Part shown: in pieces, positions 1 to 10,445 of the stretch
Numbering within the stretch: position 1 is the stretch's first letter
Layout of the letters: each line of letters starts with the position of its first letter
NCBI GenBank assembly: GCA_963835065.1
Contig: CAWIEK010000044.1
Location: forward strand, 224,001 to 288,000
Length of the DNA: 64,000 bases
Reading direction: 5' to 3'
Origin: an uncultured Chthonomonadaceae bacterium
GTDB taxonomy: Bacteria; Armatimonadota; Chthonomonadetes; Chthonomonadales; Chthonomonadaceae
The notes under the pieces: model-generated
What the model saw: only the letters and a program-made list of their open reading frames with translations
Database searches by the model: none
What the model was told of the DNA's origin: nothing
Made by a program: the position numbers and the translations under genes

Positions 1-299
1 AGGCGATCAAACGGGTCTCGATGATGAAACGGCAATGTCGCCACATGCAGCGCGTGAGGCAGGCGCACAGGCAGCAGTTGTATGCCGTTGCGCTGAAGTT
101 GGTCGGGAATGAACACGTCTAATGGCTGTGGAAAAGACAGTTTGCCGATGCTGACTTTAATTGCCATTTCCCATACGCTGACAATGCTCAAGTAGCTTTG
201 GTTATCCACATCTTCAATAGTATCGGCGGCAGTGGAACTCAATTGTGGATTGTCCAGAACAAACCACAAAAAGCTATGCGTATCCAGGAGGAGATTCAA
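1..299 (-). CDS. vapC: PIN-domain (VapC-like) toxin, 3' end truncated by window edge
   Basis: Manual translation from TTG at 299 (TTGA overlap with antitoxin stop): LNLLLDTHSFLWF...SIVSVWEMAIK...LPFHHRDPFDR, typical PIN motifs. Confidence 0.9.
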   Translation of the reverse strand, partial: MNLLLDTHSFLWFVLDNPQLSSTAADTIEDVDNQSYLSIVSVWEMAIKVSIGKLSFPQPLDVFIPDQLQRNGIQLLPVRLPHALHVATLPFHHRDPFDR

Positions 300-526
300 G
301 GCATGTACTCCTTGAAATCGTCCAATGGCGCATCGAAATCATCGGCAATATAAACGTTCATGCCCTTTGCGCTGCCGCGTTTTGGATGTATCGGCATCTG
401 CGGCAACATAACCAGCCGGGCAACCGGCTGACAATCGCGCGTGATAACGACTTCTTCGCCCGCTTCGTGTTCGGCAATCAGTTGCGGCAGGCGTAAAGCC
501 GCTTCCTCCAATGTGATCTGCTGCAT
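296..526 (-). CDS. Phd/YefM-like antitoxin
   Basis: 76 aa; LPQLI..GEEVVITR...PVARLV and C-terminal IADDFDAPLDDFKEY; coupled to the PIN gene. Confidence 0.88.
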   Translation of the reverse strand: MQQITLEEAALRLPQLIAEHEAGEEVVITRDCQPVARLVMLPQMPIHPKRGSAKGMNVYIADDFDAPLDDFKEYMP

Positions 527-564
527 GATACTTATCCTTATGATGAAACGTTATGATGAAACGT

Positions 565-840
565 TTACATCACGTAGCCTTGTTGCCTGCCCCAATCCAG
601 CCAGGCTTTTTGCGCCCGTTCAAAATTGTCGAGCGGACCCGTTGGAGTTTCCCCGGTAATGTCGGCAAGCGCTCGGAACCAGTAACCGGGCCGGAGTTCC
701 AGTTCGCGTTCCCACCATTGTTCGGCATCTCCTGCCGCCTATGCAATACAGTTGTACGCTCGGGTCCGGGGGCTTGTTACGTGGTAGTCGTCTGTCGCAA
801 GGTTCGGGAACAAACTTTCGAGAAAAGGGTCGGTTGCCAT
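565..840 (-). pseudogene. Chimeric pseudogene: YNCIA(W)A-type N-terminus fused to a paralog of the upstream gene's C-terminus
   Basis: ATG at 840 directly follows the upstream TAG; in-frame TAG at 739-741; last 47 aa align gaplessly (23/47 identical) with the C-terminus of 841..1173. Confidence 0.7.
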
Positions 841-1173
841 CTACGTAAGGTATCCCCGCGCCTTTCCCCACTGTAACCATGCTTCACGCGCAGCCGCCAT
901 GTTGTCATCCGGTTTCGCAGGGTCTTCACCTGTAATCGCGTTCAATGCCCAAAACCAATGATCGAGACTATTTTGCAGTTCGCGCAATATCAAGGGGAGT
1001 GCCGGTTTGCCCATGCCGATAATTCGCTGATAAGCAGGATGCATTGCCATCTTATGAACAGAAGACAGCATGATTGTCTCTCGCCGCCACCAATCCACAA
1101 GCGCGGCAAAGTCGTGTTCCAGGTTCTCATGCGATGAAATAGTTGGGGAAAGCGGGGCTTGCAGTGTTGTCAT
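841..1173 (-). CDS. Conserved hypothetical small protein
   Basis: ORF 841..1269, likely ATG 1173; HPAYQRIIGMG..ALPLILREL...HWFWAL.AITGEDP motif. Confidence 0.75.
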   Translation of the reverse strand: MTTLQAPLSPTISSHENLEHDFAALVDWWRRETIMLSSVHKMAMHPAYQRIIGMGKPALPLILRELQNSLDHWFWALNAITGEDPAKPDDNMAAAREAWLQWGKARGYLT

Positions 1174-1300
1174 GGCTATAGTCCTGTGTAGACCTGAAAT
1201 ATAAAACCTGAACCGACTGATTGGCAGCGGCTCAGGCTTTATTATAACAAAAGATAATGGGCGCGTCAATGACGCTATTGGCGCTCGCTTGTGGCGGAAC

Positions 1301-1366
1301 TTACGCCAATGCCTTTTTGATGAGTGTGCCGCCGTTCGCGGTCAGGCGTTGGCAGCGGCCACTGTA
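1301..1366 (-). repeat. Degenerate direct-repeat copy of the DUF1501 gene 3' end
   Basis: 61/66 identical to 2108..2173, including the stop codon. Confidence 0.92.
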
Positions 1367-1454
1367 AGGAACTATGCTATACTATCACAGGATTTTGGAG
1401 GAAAGACGTGATTGCACAACACGAAAACTTTATCAAGGATAAGGAGGAAAAGCA

Positions 1455-1691
1455 TTGAAGACGATGCCTGCGTCGGAAGACATTATCGCTATGCTGGCGA
1501 GCGCACCAAAGGTTCTGGAGTTCACCCCCTCAGACGAGGCTAAAGCGCGCGTCTGGGATTTGGTAGCTCGTGAAAAGGCCGGTTTGCTGACGGAAGACGA
1601 GCGCAGTGAACTGGACCACTACGCGCAACTGGAACATATCATGCGACTGGTAAAGGCAAAGGCGCGGCAGAAACAGGCGACGGCAGAATGA
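1455..1691 (+). CDS. Small hypothetical protein, antitoxin-like partner of HNH
   Basis: AAGGAGG RBS upstream; LT.DE..ELD.Y..LEHIMRL.KAKA; ATGA overlap with HNH gene. Confidence 0.75.
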   Translation: MKTMPASEDIIAMLASAPKVLEFTPSDEAKARVWDLVAREKAGLLTEDERSELDHYAQLEHIMRLVKAKARQKQATAE

Positions 1692-2095
1692 GCGTGACGT
1701 ACATTCCGCAGGCGTTGCGTCGCGCTGTTCGGGAACGCGCGGCGAATCGTTGCGAGTATTGCGGCATCCATGAAGACGACACGGAATTTGGATGTGAAGT
1801 GGATCACATCATCAGCGAAAAGCACATGGGCAGGACGGAACTGGACAATCTTGCTTTTTCCTGTTTCTTTTGTAATCGCAATAAGGGCAGCGACATTGGT
1901 TCGGTGCGCTCGTCCGAGGATTCGGAGATTATTCGCTTTTTCAATCCACGCGCGGATGTCTGGTCAGAACACTTCGCTTTCGATGCGCGGCGGCACATAG
2001 TCCCCGCAACAGATATTGGGCGCGTGACCGCGCGGATTTTTGGTTTCAATGCGGAAAATCGTCTTTTAGAGCGTCAGGCGCTTGAGGAAGAATAA
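1688..2095 (+). CDS. HNH endonuclease
   Basis: RCEYC...EVDHII...G.T..DNLA.SC..CN..KG, then FFNPR...WSEHF. Confidence 0.92.
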   Translation: MSVTYIPQALRRAVRERAANRCEYCGIHEDDTEFGCEVDHIISEKHMGRTELDNLAFSCFFCNRNKGSDIGSVRSSEDSEIIRFFNPRADVWSEHFAFDARRHIVPATDIGRVTARIFGFNAENRLLERQALEEE

Positions 2096-2107
2096 AGGCG
2101 CGGGGAA

Positions 2108-3599
<1,492 letters not shown>

Positions 3600-3667
3600 A
3601 AATGGCTCCCAAAAAGCGGTCATTGGCAATGGTAAGCGTCCTGCGGACGCAAACAAACAGCAGCATC

Positions 3668-3713
3668 GCGTCTGTAGGACGCTTGTTTTGTGCTGCCGGG
3701 GATTTTATCCCGG
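3668..3713. repeat. Dispersed GTAG-containing palindromic element, copy 1
   Basis: GCGTCTGTAGGACGCTTGT...CTGCCGGGGATT...CCCGG; inverted homolog at 38904..38952. Confidence 0.7.
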
Positions 3714-3726
3714 AAAAATTTTTAAT

Positions 3727-4092
3727 TTAGACATGGGGTTGGCGTGGATGTTGCAGGGGAATCAGAGCGCGGGAGATTTTATGCGGATGCTGGAGTATCA
3801 GCGCTTTGGCATGAGCCTGCCGCGCGAGCATGGTATAAATGCTGACATGGCCGCGCGTTTCTGCCGATTGTGACGAGTGTTCATACGCGGGCACATTGGC
3901 GTCAATCCAGGCGAGTTGTTCCGTCGCTATGTGTTCCACTTGCGATACGCGCCCCACATCGCCCGCGTCCCCCGCGCAATGCAGCGCGGCGGCCAGCGCA
4001 TGGTAGGCCGCGCTATAATACGCGCCGTCAAAAGCCGCCCGGTGCAGGCTCATCAACTGTTCGTACATCCCGGTCAGGGTGCTGTCAGACAT
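3727..4092 (-). CDS. Hypothetical helical protein coupled to cheR
   Basis: ATG at 4092 overlaps the cheR end; YSAAYHALAAALHCA motif. Confidence 0.65.
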   Translation of the reverse strand: MSDSTLTGMYEQLMSLHRAAFDGAYYSAAYHALAAALHCAGDAGDVGRVSQVEHIATEQLAWIDANVPAYEHSSQSAETRGHVSIYTMLARQAHAKALILQHPHKISRALIPLQHPRQPHV

Positions 4093-6163
4093 TGTTACTC
4101 CTCGCGCCGCGAACAGGTTTGGCCTTGCCTGCTGGCGTTGCTGTCGGTGCGTTGCGTATGTCGCCTGCGTGATGCCCGTCACCGTCTGCCTGATGGTCGT
4201 TTCCGTCCGCATAATGCGCGTCACTATTTGCGTATTGACCGTCATGCCCGTCTGCCCCGTGAACAGCGCCATCCGTCCGGCCATCCTGGTCCGGCATGGC
4301 GGGCATTGCGCCGCTTTCCACGTCTTGCATAATTAAAATCACGCCGCGAATGTTTTGGCTGCGATCTATAAGCGGCGTGGTGTTTACCTTGCATCGGATC
4401 GCGCGGCCCCGGCGGTTGTTGGCATCCAGCGTGACGGTTTCACCGCGCGAGATGCCCGACAGACACGCGCGTATTTGGGGAATCAGCATTTCCACCGGCA
4501 GCCCGATGTCCAGGCCCATGAAATTTTTGCCTTCCACTTCAGCGTTGCGTAATCCCCACATCTCTTCGGCCTGAATGTTCCATTTTTGGACGCGCATGTC
4601 CGCGTCAATCACGGCCACGCCGCCCCACAGGCTGCTGAGAATGGCTTCGGTAAACTCGCTGATTTCGGTGAGTTCCATGCTGCGCTGCCGCAGTTCCTCG
4701 TTCATGGTCTGCAATTCCTCGTTGGCGGATTGCAGCTCCTCGTTCATCGTCTCCATCTCTTCATTGGTGGACTGGAGTTCTTCATTGGTGGTTTCCAGTT
4801 CTTCCGCGCTGGCCTGCAATTCTTCGTTGGTGGTTTCCAGTTCTTCCGCCGCCGACTGCGCTTCCTCATACGCGGCGGACAGTTCGCGGTTGGAGGCTTC
4901 CAGTTCTTCCTGCAGGCGCTTGTAGCGCGTCACGTCCTGAAAAGTTATACTCACGCCCTGCGCATCCGCCTGAACGGACGCAAGCGGCACGAGCTGCACG
5001 TCGTAAAAGGTGATCTCGCCTTCACTGCCGCGAAACAGGATTTCCTTGAGCATAACCGGGTAGCGCTCCGCGTTTACCTTGTCAATAAAGGCGCGCAGTT
5101 CCACAGGCCGGTAGGAGAGTTCCAGTTCATAAAAAGGGCGCTGCATGTCGCGGGGCGTCAGGCGAAACAACGAACGCGCCCGCTCGTTTGCCAGCGCCAG
5201 CAATCCCTGATTATCCACGACCACCTGCGCGACAGGCGACGTGTCCAGCGCGAGTTCCGGCAGGCGCGGCGGCAATCCCGTGTGGGAAACGCCCTCTTCC
5301 CCGTTGGCAGGGCTGGCATACGCCATGCGCCCGCGCCCGCCGTTGCCATTGGGCACTTTGGAAAACACGCGCCGCTTCAAATCCACCTGCGCAAACAGAT
5401 GGCTGTTGATAAGCAGGGTTTCGGCCTTGCCCAGAATGAGAAAACCACCGTCGTTGAGCGCGAAATGGAACCGCGCCAGGATACGCGATTGCAATTCGGC
5501 GTTAAAGTACATCAGGGTGTTGCGGCAGACGAGAATATCCAGGCGCGAAATGGGCACGTCATGCACCAGGTTATGCCGTCCGAAGATCACGGCCCGGCGC
5601 AGGTCTTTATGGAGGGCGTAGCGATCCCCCGACTGGTCAAAGTATTTGCTCAGCAGGGCGGGGGGAACCTCGGCAACCTGCGGGGGGGTAAACACGGCCT
5701 GCCGCGCCTGGTTGAGCGCGTCCTCGTCAATGTCCGTCGCGTAAATTTTCACGCGATTGCGAAACTCGTCCATACCCAGCGCTTCGGCCAGCAGAATGGC
5801 GAGCGTGAACGCTTCCTCGCCCGTCGCCCCACCCGCGCTCCAGACGCGAAGGGGCTGTTCCGGCGGGCGGGAAGCCAGGATTTGCGGAATAATGTCGGAC
5901 TGCATCAACTCCCACACGGGCGCGTCCCGAAAGAAGTTGGTGACATTAATGAGCAGGGTGGACAACAGGCGCGTGATTTCTTCCGGGTTGGCTTCCAGCA
6001 CATTCACGTAATCGGCGTAACTTTCCACGCCCGCCGCCTGCATCTGCTTGTCCACGCGCCGCACCAGGCTGGCGCGCTTGTAGCCGGTAAAGTCAAACCC
6101 CCGGCTCCGTTTCAGATAATCCAGCAGGGCTTCAAATTCGGCGTTTACGTTCGGAAGGGTCAA
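4085..6163 (-). CDS. cheR: CheR-type methyltransferase with two PAS domains and an EELQ coiled coil
   Basis: LINVTNFFRD, RVWSAG..TGEEA, KIYATDID, CRNTLMYF; probable TTG start at 6163 after GGAG. Confidence 0.9.
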   Translation of the reverse strand: MTLPNVNAEFEALLDYLKRSRGFDFTGYKRASLVRRVDKQMQAAGVESYADYVNVLEANPEEITRLLSTLLINVTNFFRDAPVWELMQSDIIPQILASRPPEQPLRVWSAGGATGEEAFTLAILLAEALGMDEFRNRVKIYATDIDEDALNQARQAVFTPPQVAEVPPALLSKYFDQSGDRYALHKDLRRAVIFGRHNLVHDVPISRLDILVCRNTLMYFNAELQSRILARFHFALNDGGFLILGKAETLLINSHLFAQVDLKRRVFSKVPNGNGGRGRMAYASPANGEEGVSHTGLPPRLPELALDTSPVAQVVVDNQGLLALANERARSLFRLTPRDMQRPFYELELSYRPVELRAFIDKVNAERYPVMLKEILFRGSEGEITFYDVQLVPLASVQADAQGVSITFQDVTRYKRLQEELEASNRELSAAYEEAQSAAEELETTNEELQASAEELETTNEELQSTNEEMETMNEELQSANEELQTMNEELRQRSMELTEISEFTEAILSSLWGGVAVIDADMRVQKWNIQAEEMWGLRNAEVEGKNFMGLDIGLPVEMLIPQIRACLSGISRGETVTLDANNRRGRAIRCKVNTTPLIDRSQNIRGVILIMQDVESGAMPAMPDQDGRTDGAVHGADGHDGQYANSDAHYADGNDHQADGDGHHAGDIRNAPTATPAGKAKPVRGARSNNV

Positions 6164-6174
6164 GGAAGTCTCCA

Positions 6175-6278
6175 GTGGTGGTTGGTGGTTGGTGGTTGGT
6201 TGAGAAACTGTCTGCTTTATATCTGCCACAAGCATACAATTCAAGTAAATCACCAGTCACCAGCCACCAACCACCAAT
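6175..6278. repeat. Inverted heptamer tandem-repeat pair (GGTGGTT)n ... (AACCACC-like)n
   Basis: Seen in the cheB-cheR spacer. Confidence 0.75.
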
Positions 6279-6280
6279 CC

Positions 6281-7411
6281 CTACAGCATGGGAACCGGCG
6301 TTTCGGAGGGTTCCAGGTTTTTGCTGGTTGCGCCGCTTTCGATGAGGTCGCGGATCACGCCCGCGTGTTGGGCGGCAATGCGCGCCTGCTCCTCGAAATG
6401 GCGCGAAGCCTGACCGTGTCCGCGCTCCTGCGCGCGCTCGGCCATCTGGCGCGACAATTTGGATTTGTCAATCAGGGTGCGAACGGCGTACCACATGGAT
6501 TCTTCCAGGGCTTCGGACTGCTGATGCAGCAGGGACTCGGCGCTGAACGCATGGCCGACGTGACAGCGAAACCGGATAAAGCCGTCGTCGTTCATCTGCC
6601 ACAACACGCCGCCGCAATCGGGACACGAGTAAATGCTGGTAACAGCATCGCGCTCCCCGCTGATTTGCGCTTCAGTGTCCCGAAGCACAATGGCGTTGGC
6701 CTGCTGTTCGTCCATTTTGCCAGAATCTTCCGCGCTAAGTTTGTTGGACAAATCATCGGAAGCGGGTGACTGCCCCTCGGTGGACGCGCCATTGCCGGCA
6801 TCAGGAATGGGATGAGACATAAGTGTTTCCTCTTTCTGAGGGCGCGTTTCCAGCGTCAGTTGAACCAGTTGTGAAGCAATCTGCGCAGCCGGCAGCACAA
6901 AATCTGCCGCCACATTGTTGAGGGCGCTGCGGGGCATGTCGCCGAACAGCGCGTCTTCGAGCGACTGCACGATGGCAAGGCCGCCACAACGCTTCACTTC
7001 GATCATTCCCGCCGTGCCGTCATTGAGCATCCCCGACAGCACGACAGCCACCACGCGCTTGCCATACGCCTGCGCCGCCGTCCGAAACAGCGGGTCAATG
7101 GCGGGGCGCGTGTGGTTTTCGCGCGGCCCGCGCAGCAGGCGCATGCGCCCCGGTTCCAGCAACAAATGAAAATCGGGCGGAGCCACATAGATGTGCCCCG
7201 GCACGATCCTCGCGCCGTCTGTGGGCGGCGTGACGGCCAGCGGCCCCCAGCGACTGAGCAGTTCGGGCAGTATGCTGACGCTCGTAGCGGGAATGTGAAC
7301 CACGATGAAAACAGCGGCTGCAAGATCGGCGGGAAATTTGCTGACCAGATGCTTCAGCGCTTCCACGCCGCCCGCCGAGGCTCCAATCGCAATAATGTCA
7401 TGTTCAGGCAT
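6281..7411 (-). CDS. cheB: CheB-type methylesterase without receiver domain, with C-terminal Cys/His domain
   Basis: GASAGG, VVHIP, RPAIDPLF, LSGMLNDG; CPDCGG...FRCHVGH. Confidence 0.9.
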   Translation of the reverse strand: MPEHDIIAIGASAGGVEALKHLVSKFPADLAAAVFIVVHIPATSVSILPELLSRWGPLAVTPPTDGARIVPGHIYVAPPDFHLLLEPGRMRLLRGPRENHTRPAIDPLFRTAAQAYGKRVVAVVLSGMLNDGTAGMIEVKRCGGLAIVQSLEDALFGDMPRSALNNVAADFVLPAAQIASQLVQLTLETRPQKEETLMSHPIPDAGNGASTEGQSPASDDLSNKLSAEDSGKMDEQQANAIVLRDTEAQISGERDAVTSIYSCPDCGGVLWQMNDDGFIRFRCHVGHAFSAESLLHQQSEALEESMWYAVRTLIDKSKLSRQMAERAQERGHGQASRHFEEQARIAAQHAGVIRDLIESGATSKNLEPSETPVPML

Positions 7412-7513
7412 GAAACGTCCTCTTACTCCATCAACGTCTATCTGATATTCACACAATGTGTAAGTTTTGACGAATTAACGATTAACATTTGTATTGATTA
7501 ACATATATTTATT

Positions 7514-9133
7514 CTACGCAAAAACCCCGGGGGAGGGCGGAACCGTCACGACAATTTTTGTGCCTTTGCCGCTTGCCGTTTCGATTTCCAAATGCCCGTT
7601 GATCCGCTGCGCGCGTTCGCGCATCCCCATGAGTCCGAAGCCCGCTTCCGGCTTTGTGGCCTCCGCGCGAAACCCCTGCCCGTCATCGGCAATGCGCAAT
7701 TGTACCTGCTCTTTTCCATATTCCAGGCACAGGTGGATTTCACCGGCATGGCTGTGCTTGATCGCGTTCGTGATGGCTTCCTGCCCGATGCGCAGCAGAT
7801 CACTCGTTACCTGCGGCGGCAGGGCGCGCGGAGCGCCTTTTATCTCAAACCGGGCGCGCAGGCCGGAAGTGGTCGTAGTTTGGTCTATCAGCGCGGCAAA
7901 CGCGGCGGGCAGATTGTCGTCTTCGAGCAGGGGGGAGCGCATGGCGCGAATGGCCTGCCGCGCTTCCTGAATGCTCTGGGTCGCCACCTGCCGGGCGCGC
8001 TCGATTTGCGCCTTAGCCTGCTCCGGCGAAGCGGGCAGGGCGCTTGCGGCAGTCGAAAGCAGAAACGAGATGCCCGTAAAGCCCTGCGCAAGGGTGTCGT
8101 GAAATTCCTGCGCGATGCGGGCGCGCTCTTCCTGCACCCCCACGCGGTGTTCCTGTTCCAGCAGGCGCTGCTGATCCGCCTGCCTTGCTCGCTCCAAATC
8201 GCGGCGCTGCGTGATGTCGCGCATCAGCCAGCGCAGTTCTGTAACATGATGGGTTTGCGGGTCTCGCGCGGCGGCAACCGTCAACTGCACGTCGTGTCGG
8301 CTATTCTTGCGCGGAAGCAGGCCACCCTCCCAGTCCACGCGCCCCGGCTCATGTCCCATCCGGTTCAGCAGGGCGCGAAAGCCGGCGCGATCTTCCATGC
8401 TGATGTAGTTGGCGAGAATTTTGCCCTTGATATACCCGGTGGAAAGGTTCAGCCGCTTGCAGGCTTCGGTATTGGCCTCGCGGATAATACCGTTCGTGTC
8501 CGTGACCAGATAGCCATCCGTAGCAAACTCGAACAACTCCTGATAGCGCTGCCGCTCCAGTTCCAGTTCCGTCCGCATGATGAGCAGGTCTTCCTGCGTG
8601 ACCTGCAGGGCTTCCATGCTGTCCAGCAGGTCCTCATAGCGCCGACGCAAGTTCTGTTCGCTTTGCCGACGGGCGGAAATGTTGTCGAGGGTGGCAATGG
8701 CGGCGACAATCTCGCCCTGCCCATTGCGCAGGGGCGCGGCGCTGATGCTGACGTAGGAAAGCAGGGCATCCTCGTGCCGATACCGCATCTCCTGCTGATG
8801 TGTTTCGCTTCCCTGCCGCAGGGCGCGCATGACAGGATGCTCTTCCGGCCTGCAAGGCTGTCCATTTTCGCCGAGAAAATGCTGCCATACATACGCTTCG
8901 GCAGGCGCCTGGCGGCCCTCCCCAATCGTCAGACGCAGCAGCCGCGCGCAAGCCGGGTTGCAGTAAGCGACTTTCCCGGAGGGGGCAAGGGCGATGAGCA
9001 GCGCGGAAGGGATGCGCGTGACGATCTCGCGCCAGCCTGCCACAGCGAGTTCCGCTTCGTCACAGGAAACCGGAGCGAACAGCGCGGGCAGAAGCGCATC
9101 AGGCAGCGGCGATAAATTTTCGGTTCCGTTCAC
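7514..9133 (-). CDS. PAS-domain sensor histidine kinase (HisKA_3 type)
   Basis: ERARIAQEFHDTLAQ, QEAITNAIKHS, DDGQGF, GFGL.GMRER; two PAS-like segments. Confidence 0.92.
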   Translation of the reverse strand: MNGTENLSPLPDALLPALFAPVSCDEAELAVAGWREIVTRIPSALLIALAPSGKVAYCNPACARLLRLTIGEGRQAPAEAYVWQHFLGENGQPCRPEEHPVMRALRQGSETHQQEMRYRHEDALLSYVSISAAPLRNGQGEIVAAIATLDNISARRQSEQNLRRRYEDLLDSMEALQVTQEDLLIMRTELELERQRYQELFEFATDGYLVTDTNGIIREANTEACKRLNLSTGYIKGKILANYISMEDRAGFRALLNRMGHEPGRVDWEGGLLPRKNSRHDVQLTVAAARDPQTHHVTELRWLMRDITQRRDLERARQADQQRLLEQEHRVGVQEERARIAQEFHDTLAQGFTGISFLLSTAASALPASPEQAKAQIERARQVATQSIQEARQAIRAMRSPLLEDDNLPAAFAALIDQTTTTSGLRARFEIKGAPRALPPQVTSDLLRIGQEAITNAIKHSHAGEIHLCLEYGKEQVQLRIADDGQGFRAEATKPEAGFGLMGMRERAQRINGHLEIETASGKGTKIVVTVPPSPGVFA

Positions 9134-9452
9134 GGTGGTAACATCCTCCCGGCACGAAAACCGCCTGGGTAAACGGAAGAGGGCGCGTAAGAAGCAAGCG
9201 TGTCAACAGGATAACAAATAATCCTATATGCGTATACTACCACAATCTGACGGGGGCGTCCGGCTTGATTTCGGTTGATAGTTCCTCATCATCAGCAAAT
9301 CAGGTATGCTATCACTGCAAGCGCAACTTGCAATGGCTAAACAGTTGACAGTTGATAGTTCGTAGTTGATAGGAATGCAGAAACTACGAACTTTCAGTCC
9401 TTCGCCGTTTAGTTCACCCGAATTGAATTGATGTGGCAGAGGAGCGGCCCGT

Positions 9453-10220
9453 ATGACGACACACGAACGGCACGACACCCACGAGGAAACAAACAGCGCG
9501 GTTATGTTTGGCACGGTGCGCCTGCTGGAACGATTGGACAACTGGGCGCACGTTATTGTAGCCGCCTTTTTCATCCTGATGGCGTCCACCGTGATTATCC
9601 ACATGGGCTTTATTTTCCTGCGCCAGCTTCCTTTAATTGCGCCCGCGTCCACGAATACGGAAGCCCGAACGCAGATGGAAACGGTGGTCGCGCCCCATTC
9701 CGCCGAAGCCGTCAAGAGCAGCTCCGGTTCGGAAATCACGGCGGAACATCCGGCGGAAACCGGTACGGAACATCCGGCGGCAAGTGGGACAACCCGGGCG
9801 TCCGCGCATGGCGAAACCATGCCTACCAGGTCCGGCGGCGAGTCTATGAGCGCGGCGGGCGAACATGCGGTGGAAACGGCAGACCCGTTCGTCAAGAACA
9901 GCCTGGAACTGCTGAGTAACATCCTCTTCGTGGTCATTCTGCTGGAACTGCTGCGCACCATCATCACGTACCTGCAAACACACGATATTCAGGCCATCAT
10001 GCAGGAGTTCCTCGTGGTCGGCATTATCTCCAGCGTCCGCAAAATCCTGCTCGTCGGCGCGGAAGCCTCCCTGAGCAGCAACAAAAGCGTGATGGAATTC
10101 ATTCAGGAGTCTACGGGTGTCGTGATAGACATACTGGGCATCCTGCTGCTGATTCTCGGCCTTGTCCTGCTCAAACGCGCCTTCGGCAACAAAGTGAAGA
10201 AGGAACTGGAAGACGTCTAA
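9453..10220 (+). CDS. PsiE-like membrane protein with long hydrophilic loop
   Basis: ILFVVILLELLRTI...EFLVVGIISSVRKIL. Confidence 0.75.
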   Translation: MTTHERHDTHEETNSAVMFGTVRLLERLDNWAHVIVAAFFILMASTVIIHMGFIFLRQLPLIAPASTNTEARTQMETVVAPHSAEAVKSSSGSEITAEHPAETGTEHPAASGTTRASAHGETMPTRSGGESMSAAGEHAVETADPFVKNSLELLSNILFVVILLELLRTIITYLQTHDIQAIMQEFLVVGIISSVRKILLVGAEASLSSNKSVMEFIQESTGVVIDILGILLLILGLVLLKRAFGNKVKKELEDV

Positions 10221-10261
10221 ATCTGTTTGGGACGCGGCACAAAAATTGCCGCGCAGTAAGC

Positions 10262-10379
10262 CTTGCAGGGAGAAGGTTGCCCCGACGGATGAGGGTCTCC
10301 TCCCGGCTGAACAGAGGATTGAAATACGACTTGCAGGGACAAGGTGGCCGGATAAGGATAGAAGCCTCCCGGCTGAACA
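10262..10379. repeat. Two-unit intergenic repeat, candidate small RNA
   Basis: CTTGCAGGGA.AAGGT.GCC ... CCTCCCGGCTGAACA at 10262..10313 and 10330..10379. Confidence 0.6.
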
Positions 10380-10384
10380 ACATA

Positions 10385-10425
10385 AAAACGGCGAGGCTAT
10401 CCGGTTGGAATAGCCGCGCCGTTTT
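10385..10425. terminator. Bidirectional intrinsic terminator
   Basis: AAAACGGCG.GGCTAT...ATAGCC.CGCCGTTTT between convergent genes. Confidence 0.75.
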
Positions 10426-10445
10426 AGCGGAAAGTAAGAAAGCCG

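Noticed and set aside
739..741. Stop-codon recoding (TAG here, TGA at 50493)
   Set aside because: TAG and TGA terminate many genes in this window; point mutation or sequencing error is simpler
620..880. 86-aa ORF from the track
   Set aside because: The frame 565..840 has homology support; this one has none
4586..6769. Long antisense ORFs (also 7592..9115, 11540..13177, 46438..47835)
   Set aside because: Shadows of well-supported opposite-strand genes in GC-rich DNA
10262..10379. Integron attC sites or a known riboswitch
   Set aside because: No RYYYAAC/GTTRRRY box pair, no integrase, and the region lies between two gene 3' ends
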